From NCBI GenBank assembly GCA_036263975.1, contig DATARW010000039.1, positions 30,669 to 94,668 on the forward strand: 64,000 nucleotides of DNA, given 5' to 3'. Below are positions 27,134 to 36,731 of the stretch, piece by piece. Every line of letters starts with the position of its first letter. The stretch's first letter is position 1. This stretch comes from Pyrinomonadaceae bacterium (GTDB lineage Bacteria > Acidobacteriota > Blastocatellia > Pyrinomonadales > Pyrinomonadaceae). The translations under genes and the position numbers were made by a program. The notes beneath the pieces are model-generated. The model was not told the DNA's origin. It did no database searches and saw nothing but the letters and a program-made list of their open reading frames with translations.

Positions 27134-28564
27134 TCAGCTCGCCCCCAGGCTTCGACGGATGACACCGGCGAGCCTTTCGGCCAGCCGCTCGATCTCGTCC
27201 TGGCGTTCCCCTTCGATCATGACGCGCGCCAGAGGCTCGGTGCCCGAATAACGAAGCAGCAGCCGCCCGCGCCCGCCGAGTTGCGCGCGCACGTCGCCCA
27301 CACAACTCTCGATCTCCGTCACCTCTTCAAAGGGCGGTTTCTCGCGCACGCGCACGTTGGTGAGCACCTGCGGCAGACGCTTGAAGCCTTCGGTCAGCTC
27401 GTGCAGCGGTCGGCCCGCCTCGCGCATCGCGCGCAGGAGGTTGACGGTCGTAATCAGCCCATCGCCCGCGAGGCTCGTGCGCGGGAAGATGATGTGGCCC
27501 GACTGCTCGCCGCCCAGCGCCGCGCCCGTCCGCAAAAGCTCTTCGAGCACGTACTTGTCGCCCACGTCAGCGCGCAGCAGCTTGACGCCGAGCGAGCGCA
27601 GCGCAAGCTCCAGGCCGAGATTACTCATCACCGTGGCGACGACGCAATGGTCAGCGAGTTCGCCGCGCTCCAGCATGCGCTTCGCCAGCACCCACAGCGT
27701 CGCGTCGCCGTCCACGAGTTGGCCGCGCGCGTCCACGAAGAGCGAGCGGTCCGCGTCGCCGTCGTAAGCGACGCCGAGCTGCGCGCCTTCGGCGATGACG
27801 CGGCGCTGCAACGCCTCGGTGTGGAGCGAGCCGCAATCGCGGTTGATGTTTCGACCGTCGGGCGCGTCGTTGATTGAGGTGACGCGCGCGCCGAGTCGCG
27901 CGAGCAACGCGGGCGCGAGTTCGGAGGCCGCGCCGTTGGCGCAATCCACGACGACGCCCAGGCGTTCGAGGTCGAGGCCCGCGGCGACTTCTTCGGCGAG
28001 GTAGTCGAGGTAACGCGCCCTCAACTCAGCCGAGCGACGCGCGCCCTCTGCGTTGACGCCCCCGTCAACTCCGGCGGCGTTCTCGTCAACTGCGGCGGCG
28101 CTCTCGTCGAACTCTTTCGACTCCGGCGACGCGCCCGGCATTGCGCCGCTTTCCCTCTCGGCATAGATGTCTGCCTCGACAAGTCGCTCCGTCGCGTCGT
28201 CGAGCTTGCGGCCCGTGGGGGCGAAGATTTTGATGCCGTTGTCCTCGAACGAATTGTGCGAGGCGCTGACGACGATGCCCGCGTCCGCGGGAAGCGTGCG
28301 CGCGAGGTAGGCCACGCCCGGCGTCGTGATGACGCCAGCCGACTCGACCTCCGCACCAGCCGAGCGCGCGCCTTCGAGCAGCGCGCGCTCGATCCAAGCG
28401 CCCGACTCGCGCGTGTCGCGCCCCGCCACGACGCGCGGCACGCGACCGAGTTTTTCCGCAAGGTGCGCGGCAAGCGAGCGCCCCGCCGTCCGCACCGTCG
28501 CGGCGTCGAGCGGGAAACGCCCCGCCGCGCCGCGCATGCCATCCGTGCCGAAAAGTTTCTTCAT
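27134..28564 (-). CDS. glmM: Phosphoglucosamine mutase
   Basis: MKKLFGTDGMRG, active-site GIVVSASHNSFEDNGIK, GDGDADR-type loop (YDGDADRS) and GGEQSGH. Confidence 0.95.
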   Translation of the reverse strand: MKKLFGTDGMRGAAGRFPLDAATVRTAGRSLAAHLAEKLGRVPRVVAGRDTRESGAWIERALLEGARSAGAEVESAGVITTPGVAYLARTLPADAGIVVSASHNSFEDNGIKIFAPTGRKLDDATERLVEADIYAERESGAMPGASPESKEFDESAAAVDENAAGVDGGVNAEGARRSAELRARYLDYLAEEVAAGLDLERLGVVVDCANGAASELAPALLARLGARVTSINDAPDGRNINRDCGSLHTEALQRRVIAEGAQLGVAYDGDADRSLFVDARGQLVDGDATLWVLAKRMLERGELADHCVVATVMSNLGLELALRSLGVKLLRADVGDKYVLEELLRTGAALGGEQSGHIIFPRTSLAGDGLITTVNLLRAMREAGRPLHELTEGFKRLPQVLTNVRVREKPPFEEVTEIESCVGDVRAQLGGRGRLLLRYSGTEPLARVMIEGERQDEIERLAERLAGVIRRSLGAS

Positions 28565-28587
28565 CGGAGCAATCATAAAAGCTCGAA

Positions 28588-28664
28588 GTTCAAGGTTCAA
28601 AGCTCAAAGCTCAAAGTCGGAGGCCATGTTCTCAACTTTGAACCTGGAACCCGGAACCTTGAAC
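28588..28664. repeat. Periodic palindrome, 7-nt words GTTCAAG/GTTCAAA/GCTCAAA versus GAACCTG/GAACCCG/GAACCTT
   Basis: GTTCAAGGTTC (28588-28598) is complementary to GAACCTTGAAC (28654-28664). The inner arms pair imperfectly. Confidence 0.8.
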
Positions 28665-28670
28665 TGACAT

Positions 28671-29633
28671 TCACTTGTTGATGGCGAACTCGGACGGACT
28701 CGTGGAGACGAGTTCGACGCGGCCCGCGGCGGCGGGCGGGAGCGAGAGGCGCGTCGAGATGGAGTCGTCGGGCGCGGCCTCGACGACGAGCCGCACGTCT
28801 TCGGGGCGCAAAGCTTCGACGACGGAGCGCGGGCCGCGGAGCGTGACCGAGGCGGTCGAGGGGCTTACCGGCCCACCGGCGGCGGAGCGCACGGGGACGT
28901 TCGTGAAGCGGCGCTGCGACTGCTCCTCGGCGATCTCGACGTGCACCGAGACCGTGGGGTCGAGCGGCGTGACCTTGTGGTCGGGGATGTCTATGGCGGT
29001 CTGCGGCATGGTGAGGCTCTCGCGCTGGCCCGCGAGCGAGATGGTTTCGGTGTACGCCTTTTCAATCGCCTCGACGTGGCTTTCGGGGCCGCGCAGACGC
29101 ACCTGTGCGGGCGTGACCTCGACGCCGGGCCGCCCGAAGCCTTCGGGCAACTCACCCTCGAAACGCGCCTCGACGGGGACGGCGCGCACGACGACGGGTT
29201 CAAGGTGAAGCGTGACGCTGCGCGGCGTGACCTCGACGACGTGGACGCCTTCGGGCAAGTCCATCCTGATGTTGTCGGAGAGTCGCGCCACGCGGTCGCC
29301 CGGTCTGAGGTTGGTCACGTCGGCGCGCGCGACGAGGTTGCGCGCGTTCAACTCGGCGAGCTTCCCCTGACTGCCTTCGAGCGTCACGTCCACCTCCTCG
29401 ACCGGGTCGTTGCCGATGTCCACGTTCTCCGGGAGGATGAACTCCAACTGCACGGCGCGCAGGCGCATCGTCGCCGGGGCGCGCTGCGTCGTCACGGCGT
29501 ACCAGAGGCCGAGCGTGATGAGGAACGCCATGATCTTCAGCGTCCAGTCCTCGAATAGCAGCGCGCGCAACCAGCGCCCGCCCACGCTTTGGGTGTCGCC
29601 GCCCGCTCTGGTTTTGGTGAACCGAAAAGCCAT
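28671..29633 (-). CDS. cdaR: YbbR-domain protein, CdaA regulator CdaR
   Basis: N-terminal TM helix followed by repeated beta-rich YbbR-like units. It sits between cdaA and glmM, as in the conserved cdaA-cdaR-glmM module. Confidence 0.8.
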   Translation of the reverse strand: MAFRFTKTRAGGDTQSVGGRWLRALLFEDWTLKIMAFLITLGLWYAVTTQRAPATMRLRAVQLEFILPENVDIGNDPVEEVDVTLEGSQGKLAELNARNLVARADVTNLRPGDRVARLSDNIRMDLPEGVHVVEVTPRSVTLHLEPVVVRAVPVEARFEGELPEGFGRPGVEVTPAQVRLRGPESHVEAIEKAYTETISLAGQRESLTMPQTAIDIPDHKVTPLDPTVSVHVEIAEEQSQRRFTNVPVRSAAGGPVSPSTASVTLRGPRSVVEALRPEDVRLVVEAAPDDSISTRLSLPPAAAGRVELVSTSPSEFAINK

Positions 29634-29658
29634 CGAATTAGAGGCCGGAGATCAGAGG

Positions 29659-30555
29659 TCAGAGATTACTGGTCGTGTTCGAGCTGACATCCAGCCTCTG
29701 GCCCCCTGCCTCCGCTTGCAAGTTTTCAGTGTCCGCCCCGACCCTCTTCATTTCTTCCCCGGCGGCATCGCGCGTGCGGGGTTCGAGCGCATCGAGGATG
29801 GCGGCGCGCAGGCGCGTGCCGTCGAGTCCGCGGCGTATCTGCCCGGCCTGCACGAAGGAGATGAGGCCGGTCTCCTCCGAGACGACGACGGCGACGGCAT
29901 CCGTGTCTTCGGTGATGCCGATGGCGGCGCGGTGGCGCGTGCCGAGGTCTTTCGAGAGCAGAGGGTTCAGCGTCAACGGCAGGAAGCACGCGGCGGCGGC
30001 GGCGCGGTGGCCGCGGATGACGACCGCGCCGTCGTGCAGCGGGGTCGCCGGATTGAAGATCGTGACCAGCAGGTCGTAGGAAAGCTCTGCGTCCATCTTC
30101 ACGCCGCCCTCGATGACGTTGCGGAGGTTGACGCCGCGCTCGACGACGATGAGCGCGCCGGTCTTCGTCGAGGCGAGCGTCGTCGCCGCCAGGACGATCT
30201 CGTCGTAGACGCCCTCGCCGAACTGCCCCCGGTGGCGCAGAAGGAAAGGCATGCGAAAGCGGTTGCCGAAGGAGATGAGCGCCTGCCGGATTTCGTTCTG
30301 GAAGAGGACGATGATGGCGACGCCGACGTAGAGCGGTGCGGGCCGCAGAATGAATTCCAGAGTTGCCAGGTCGTAGCGCGCGGCAGTCCAGTAGAGCAGG
30401 GCGAGTCCGCCGATGCCGGCGGCCATCGGCGCTGCGCGCGTGCCGCGGATGAGCCTCAGCAGCGCGTAAACCAGCAGGAAGACCAGCGCGATGTCCGCGA
30501 AGTTTCGCGGCTCGCGCAGGCTTTCGAGGTACTGGTTTGGCGACTGAAGCAGCAT
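29659..30555 (-). CDS. cdaA: Diadenylate cyclase CdaA (DAC domain, 3 TM)
   Basis: TPLHDGAVVIRG...ACFLPLT...LGTRHRAAIGITEDTDAVAVVVSEETGLIS is the DisA_N/DAC signature. Confidence 0.9.
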   Translation of the reverse strand: MLLQSPNQYLESLREPRNFADIALVFLLVYALLRLIRGTRAAPMAAGIGGLALLYWTAARYDLATLEFILRPAPLYVGVAIIVLFQNEIRQALISFGNRFRMPFLLRHRGQFGEGVYDEIVLAATTLASTKTGALIVVERGVNLRNVIEGGVKMDAELSYDLLVTIFNPATPLHDGAVVIRGHRAAAAACFLPLTLNPLLSKDLGTRHRAAIGITEDTDAVAVVVSEETGLISFVQAGQIRRGLDGTRLRAAILDALEPRTRDAAGEEMKRVGADTENLQAEAGGQRLDVSSNTTSNL

Positions 30556-30558
30556 GAT

Positions 30559-30683
30559 GGATTTTTGATTTTAGATTTTTGATTTGCGATTTGCGCGCGC
30601 GGGCGAAGGTCGGGTTGTGTCGCAACTTGGAAATTCAAAGTCGAACTCCAAATCAAAAATCGGAAATCGGAAATCAAAAATTC
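30559..30683. repeat. Periodic palindrome, 7-nt words GATTTTT/GATTTTA/GATTTGC versus AAATCAA/AAATCGG
   Basis: Left arm 30559-30595 and right arm 30648-30683 are reverse-complementary in register, with mismatches. Confidence 0.8.
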
Positions 30684-30686
30684 TGT

Positions 30687-31634
30687 CTAGCCGATGTGCT
30701 GGGGTATCGGCTCGTCCGGCCCCGGCTCGCTCTCGCGCGCCGTCTCCAGAAAGATCATGTCCACCATCGGCTCGGCGCGCTTAATGTTGCGCTCGATCTG
30801 CCGGATGGAGCGCTCGATCTCATCGGTCTCCAGCTCGTCGCGGAAGTTGACGTGCGCGTTTATCAGAATCTGCTTCGGCGCGAGGTGCATCGTCAGAAGC
30901 TCGACCACCTCGACCACGTTCGGGTGTTCGAGTATGGCGTGGCGGATGGCCTCGCGCACCTTCTCGGTCGCGGCCTCGCCGAGGAGGAGTCCGCGCGACG
31001 AGCGCGCGAGCGCGAACGCGACGACGGCGAGCACGATGCCGATTGAGATCGAAGCGAGGCCGTCCCAGTACGCGCCCCCCTGCGGCCCCACCCCGTGCTC
31101 GGTCAGGTACAGCCCGGCGGCGGCGATCAGGATGCCGAACAGAGCCGCCGAGTCTTCAAAGAGCACGGTCTTCGCGGTCGGGTCTTTCGACTCGCGCAGG
31201 TACTCGGCGAACGTCATCCCTTCGTGCCGCGCCTCCCTCAACTCCTGATAGATCGCCACCGAGATCGAGACGCCTTCGAGGAGGAACGAGGCGGCGAGCA
31301 CGCCGTAGGCCCAACCCAAACGCTCCGGCGCGTGCGGGTGGTAGAGCTTGACGACGCCTTCGTAGATGGCGTAGGTCGCGCCGACGCCGAAGATGAAGAT
31401 GGCCGCGATGAACGACCAGAAGAAGCGTTCCTTGCCGTAGCCGAACGGGTGCTTCTCCGAAGCGGGGCGACGGTAAAATCTCAAACCCAGCAGGAGGAAA
31501 ATCTGGTTCGTCGTGTCCGCGAGCGAGTGTAGCGCCTCGGCCATCATCCCCGAAGAGCCGGTGATGCCGGCGGCGATGAACTTGAGTACACCTATCAGCG
31601 CATTGCAGAGCAGCGCGCCGACCACCGCCAGCAT
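30687..31634 (-). CDS. Cation diffusion facilitator (CDF) family metal exporter
   Basis: SSGMMAEALHSLADTTNQ (TM2 HxxxD site), six TM helices, and a C-terminal cytoplasmic domain (HLAPKQILINAHV). GGAGG RBS. Confidence 0.9.
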   Translation of the reverse strand: MLAVVGALLCNALIGVLKFIAAGITGSSGMMAEALHSLADTTNQIFLLLGLRFYRRPASEKHPFGYGKERFFWSFIAAIFIFGVGATYAIYEGVVKLYHPHAPERLGWAYGVLAASFLLEGVSISVAIYQELREARHEGMTFAEYLRESKDPTAKTVLFEDSAALFGILIAAAGLYLTEHGVGPQGGAYWDGLASISIGIVLAVVAFALARSSRGLLLGEAATEKVREAIRHAILEHPNVVEVVELLTMHLAPKQILINAHVNFRDELETDEIERSIRQIERNIKRAEPMVDMIFLETARESEPGPDEPIPQHIG

Positions 31635-31950
31635 AAGCGACCTCCGCCCTTGTGTGCTTGCACGCCTCCGCGCCGATTATGCTGCAAAAACGGGCGCAAA
31701 TCAACGCGCCCGTCTCTCTGGTACTGATGGAATTCCTGTCGCCGGCCTGACCAGAGGTGTCAATACGGCGAGGCCGCGCACGCGACCACCCGAAGCGCAC
31801 GCGGCCCCTCGCGCCCCGGACTGTGAAGCCGGGGCAGCGGCTCAGTCTCACCCTAAGACGCGCCCGCACTAATCAACAACTAAAATGCCTTTATCCGTGA
31901 CGCTCATATGGTATCCTCTCGCACGTTCCAGTCTTTGAAAATAAGGCAAC
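31635..31950 (-). promoter_or_regulatory. Structured leader upstream of the CDF exporter (candidate metal-sensing riboswitch/attenuator)
   Basis: A 12-bp stem (plus coordinates 31772-31806), a CCCCGG/CCGGGG stem and further helices precede the terminator at 31686-31713. Confidence 0.4.
31686..31713 (-). terminator. Intrinsic terminator inside the 5' leader of the CDF gene
   Basis: Minus-strand ACGGGCGC-GUUGAUUU-GCGCCCGU followed by U5, about 50 nt upstream of the start codon. Confidence 0.6.
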
Positions 31951-32040
31951 GACCGGATGCTTGACTCTCCCACTACCGGGTGATGGGCGTCGCCGAGAGA
32001 AGACCGCGAGGACTTTTGGCGACATCAAGCGGCGAGAGCA

Positions 32041-32064
32041 GTTTAGTCACATTCGTGACTAAAC
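32041..32064. promoter_or_regulatory. Perfect 10-4-10 palindrome, candidate operator of the XRE regulator
   Basis: GTTTAGTCAC-ATTC-GTGACTAAAC, 47 nt upstream of ATG 32111. Confidence 0.35.
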
Positions 32065-32110
32065 GCAAGCGGTGCGTGCGAGCGAGGGCCTTATCAGGAG
32101 GAAACTCCTG

Positions 32111-32410
32111 ATGGGTGGCGCTGCGCGAGAGCGGCCTGCGAGGCTCGCCGAGAAGCTTCTTCAGATACGCAATGCTTTCGGCTTGTCGCAGACTGAAATG
32201 CTCAGCCGCGTTGGGCCAGATAAGAGCGGCTACCGACATTACATCTCACATTTCGAGACGGGGAAACGCGAGCCGTCGCTGCTCATCCTCCTGGAATACG
32301 CCCGCGTAGCTAACGTCTATGTCGAGGCTTTGATTGACGACGAGCTAGACCTGCCCGCCAGGCTGCCGAGCGCGAAGAAGCACGAAGGCGTGAGGCGTCG
32401 CGGTCGGTAA
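32111..32410 (+). CDS. XRE-family helix-turn-helix transcriptional regulator
   Basis: LLQIRNAFGLSQTEMLSRVG...ISHFETGKREPSLLILLEYARV is a Cro/C1-type HTH. ATG 32111 has AGGAGG 8 nt upstream; the track start 32072 is GTG. Confidence 0.75.
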   Translation: MGGAARERPARLAEKLLQIRNAFGLSQTEMLSRVGPDKSGYRHYISHFETGKREPSLLILLEYARVANVYVEALIDDELDLPARLPSAKKHEGVRRRGR

Positions 32411-32467
32411 GCACTTCGCTCCCGCGTAGGAATTTCCTTCAACTTCAAAACTAAGCCGGAACAAACT

Positions 32468-33595
32468 TCAGGATTTGACTTTGACGCGACGTTTAAGGCG
32501 ACCGCGCAGGAGGAGGCCGACGAGTTCGCCCGCGCTGTTGACGACGGCTAAAGCGCCCGCGCCGTTCTCGCTCAACAGGCGCTCGGCGCGGGCGAGCGGC
32601 GTCTGCGGCGCGACGAAGAGTTCGGGCGAGACGGGGCGCATCACGTCGCGGACGCGCGTCGTGTGCCAGCGCTCGCGCGGGAGTTGTTTGATGTCTCGGA
32701 GCGTGAGTATGCCGTGAAGCCTTTGCGCGTGGGCGACGGCGACGGCCTCCTGTCGATGGAGCGGGAGCAGGTTGTCTATGAAGTTGCCGACCGTCGTGTC
32801 CGGCTCGACCGAGACGGGCGCGGTCATCGCCTCACCCGCGGTTCTCAGTCCCCGCGGGCGGCGGACGACCGAGCGCGCCGCGTCGAAGAGGAAGAAGCCG
32901 ACGAGCGCGAGCCAGAGGCCCATGAAGGGGTCACCCGCGCGGTAGTAGAACCAGCCGCCGAAGACGACGAGCGCGCCGCCGATGAGTTGGCCGCCGAGGC
33001 TGGCGATGCGGGTGGCGTCTTCGAGTTGGCCCGTCTTCTTCCAGAGGAAGGCGCGCAGCACGCGCCCGCCGTCGAGCGGGTAGCCGGGCAGGAGGTTCGA
33101 CGCGGCGATGGTGAAGTTCCAGAAGCCGACGATTGAAGACGCGGCGGCCAGCGCGTCGAGGCGCGCGAGTTTGGAGACGTAGAAGCTTGCGAACGCGGCT
33201 ACGCCGATCAAAAAACTCGCGCTCGGCCCCGCGATGGCGATGCGGAACTCGGCGCGCGGGCTGTCCGGCTCGCGGCGCAGACGCGTGAGTCCGCCGAAAG
33301 GATGGAGCACGATCTCGTCGCTCTCAATGCCTTCGGCGCGGGCGAGGAGCGCGTGCGAAAGCTCGTGGCCGAAGATGGAGAGGAAGAGGGAGAAGGTCGT
33401 CGCTATCCCTGCGACCCACGACCACGCCTCGCCGAGACGGACGAACTGCGTCATCGTCGTGCCCTCGCGGAAGCTGAACGCGATGACCCACGCCGAGAGC
33501 GCGAAGACGAGGAACCAGCGGTAGTCAATGCGGACAGGGATGCCGGAGACGCGCGCCACCTGTATCTGCCTTCGGAACAGGTCGAGGAAATTCAT
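32468..33595 (-). CDS. Site-2 (M50) metalloprotease with a C-terminal CBS pair
   Basis: HELSHAL zinc motif within TM helices. Two CBS-like units follow (TAPVSVEPDT..., VMRPVSPELFV...). Confidence 0.85.
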   Translation of the reverse strand: MNFLDLFRRQIQVARVSGIPVRIDYRWFLVFALSAWVIAFSFREGTTMTQFVRLGEAWSWVAGIATTFSLFLSIFGHELSHALLARAEGIESDEIVLHPFGGLTRLRREPDSPRAEFRIAIAGPSASFLIGVAAFASFYVSKLARLDALAAASSIVGFWNFTIAASNLLPGYPLDGGRVLRAFLWKKTGQLEDATRIASLGGQLIGGALVVFGGWFYYRAGDPFMGLWLALVGFFLFDAARSVVRRPRGLRTAGEAMTAPVSVEPDTTVGNFIDNLLPLHRQEAVAVAHAQRLHGILTLRDIKQLPRERWHTTRVRDVMRPVSPELFVAPQTPLARAERLLSENGAGALAVVNSAGELVGLLLRGRLKRRVKVKS

Positions 33596-33600
33596 AAAGG

Positions 33601-33678
33601 CCGTAAACCGCGAGCCGTAAACCGTGACGAGATGAGAACAGGTCTCGACCCGTCACGATTTACGGTTCACCTGTCACG
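33601..33678. repeat. Periodic palindrome, 14-nt words CCGTAAACCG(C/T)GA..
   Basis: CCGTAAACCGCGAGCCGTAAACCGTGACGAG (33601-33631) pairs with CTCGACCCGTCACGATTTACGGTTCACCTGTCACG (33644-33678). Confidence 0.8.
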
Positions 33679-34780
33679 CTTCAAATGCGCTCTCGTCCAG
33701 CATATGCGACTGGTCGTTGCGTGAGACGCGGCGGAGCAGCAGCGGCTCGTCGAAGAGTTGGGAGAGTCCGCGGACGATGGCGTAGCGCGGCTCTTCGGGC
33801 ATGTGTGTGGGGAGCCTGGTCTCGCGCTGGAGGAACTCGGCCATGCCTTCGAGGAGCGCGCCGCCGCCGGTCAGGATGAGGCCGCGGTCGTAGATGTCGG
33901 AGGCGACTTCGGGCTGCAATTCGCCGAGCGCGCGGTTGACGACGCGCGAGAGGCGTTTGACCACGCCGTCGGCAGCGAGGCAGACCTCCTCGCTCGTCAC
34001 CTCGACGGCGCGCGGCGCTCCCGTCTGCACGTCGCGCCCCCTGACCTCCGACGAGCGCGCAGGGTTCGCAGGCTCTATCGCCGAGCCGAGTTCCTGCTTC
34101 AAGGTCTCGGCGGTCGGCGCGCCGATGATGAGGCCGTGGTGGCGTCGCAGGCGGTCTATGATGGCGTCGTCTATGTCAACGCTGCCGACGCGCTCGGCCT
34201 GCGCGTAGACGATCATGCCGCGGGCGACGACGGCGACGTTCGTCGTCCCGCCGCCGATGTCCACGACCGCCGAAGCCTTTTTATCTTCGACCGAGACGCC
34301 CGCGCCGATGGCCGCGGCCAGACCCTCCTCGACCATGTAGACGCGACCGATGTGCGCCTGCTCGGCGGCGGACAGAAGCGCGCGCTGTTCGACCTGCGTG
34401 ATGCCGGACAGAACGCTCACGACGGCGCGGCGGCTGAAGTGGGAGATGCCGCTGCGGGCCTGCCGGACGAAGTTGTCGAGCATCCTTAGCGTGCGCTCGA
34501 AGTCGGCGACGACGCCGTCAACTAGCGGGGCGACCAGCGTCACGTCGCGCGACTCCCGGCCCAGCATGTCGCGCGCCTCGCGCCCGACGGCGACCGTCTC
34601 GCCGGAGACTTTGTTGACGGCGACCACCGCCGGCTCGTCCACGATGACGCCGCGGCCCCGGACGGCGATGATGACCGAGGTCGAGCCGATGTCAATCGCC
34701 ATCGAGTCCGAGACCAGATCGCGCAGGCCCTCGAACGACATCAGCGAGCGCGTCTTCCGCATGAACGTGTTTGATGACAT
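33674..34780 (-). CDS. mreB: MreB-family actin-like protein (no mreC/mreD nearby; start uncertain)
   Basis: AIDIGSTSVIIAV..., VDGVVADF, DIGGGTTNVAVV and LTGGGALL are actin-fold phosphate/adenosine motifs, collinear with MreB. Confidence 0.85.
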   Translation of the reverse strand: MSSNTFMRKTRSLMSFEGLRDLVSDSMAIDIGSTSVIIAVRGRGVIVDEPAVVAVNKVSGETVAVGREARDMLGRESRDVTLVAPLVDGVVADFERTLRMLDNFVRQARSGISHFSRRAVVSVLSGITQVEQRALLSAAEQAHIGRVYMVEEGLAAAIGAGVSVEDKKASAVVDIGGGTTNVAVVARGMIVYAQAERVGSVDIDDAIIDRLRRHHGLIIGAPTAETLKQELGSAIEPANPARSSEVRGRDVQTGAPRAVEVTSEEVCLAADGVVKRLSRVVNRALGELQPEVASDIYDRGLILTGGGALLEGMAEFLQRETRLPTHMPEEPRYAIVRGLSQLFDEPLLLRRVSRNDQSHMLDESAFEA

Positions 34781-34817
34781 AAAACTGTTTTCGCACTTCG
34801 CGTGTGCGCCGCGTCAA

Positions 34818-36530
<1,713 letters not shown>

Positions 36531-36731
36531 ACTCCTTAATCCTTGTAGTGCCGTGAGAATCTCCGCCGCGAAATTCTACATGCAAAGGTGAGCGGGTGAC
36601 AACGGCAACAAGGCAGAGGCTAGTCTCTGGCCTCCGGACTCTGTTTTATAGCTTCCTTTTCGGAAAAAATGTAAGGTACGATTCGTAGCGCGAAGCCTTC
36701 GCGCCACAAACTTTTCAAAGTGAGGAATCGA

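Noticed and set aside
29634-29700. Possible palindrome between cdaR and cdaA
   Set aside because: Complementarity is weak (GAGGCCGGAGATCAGAGGTCAG versus CTGACATCCAGCCTCTGGCC, with many mismatches), and most of it overlaps the 3' end of cdaA.
30559-30683. Short regular repeats (also at 28588-28664, 10760-10838 and 12404-12457) considered as CRISPR arrays
   Set aside because: The units are only 7-18 nt with no unique spacers, and the two halves are reverse complements of each other. No cas genes are present.
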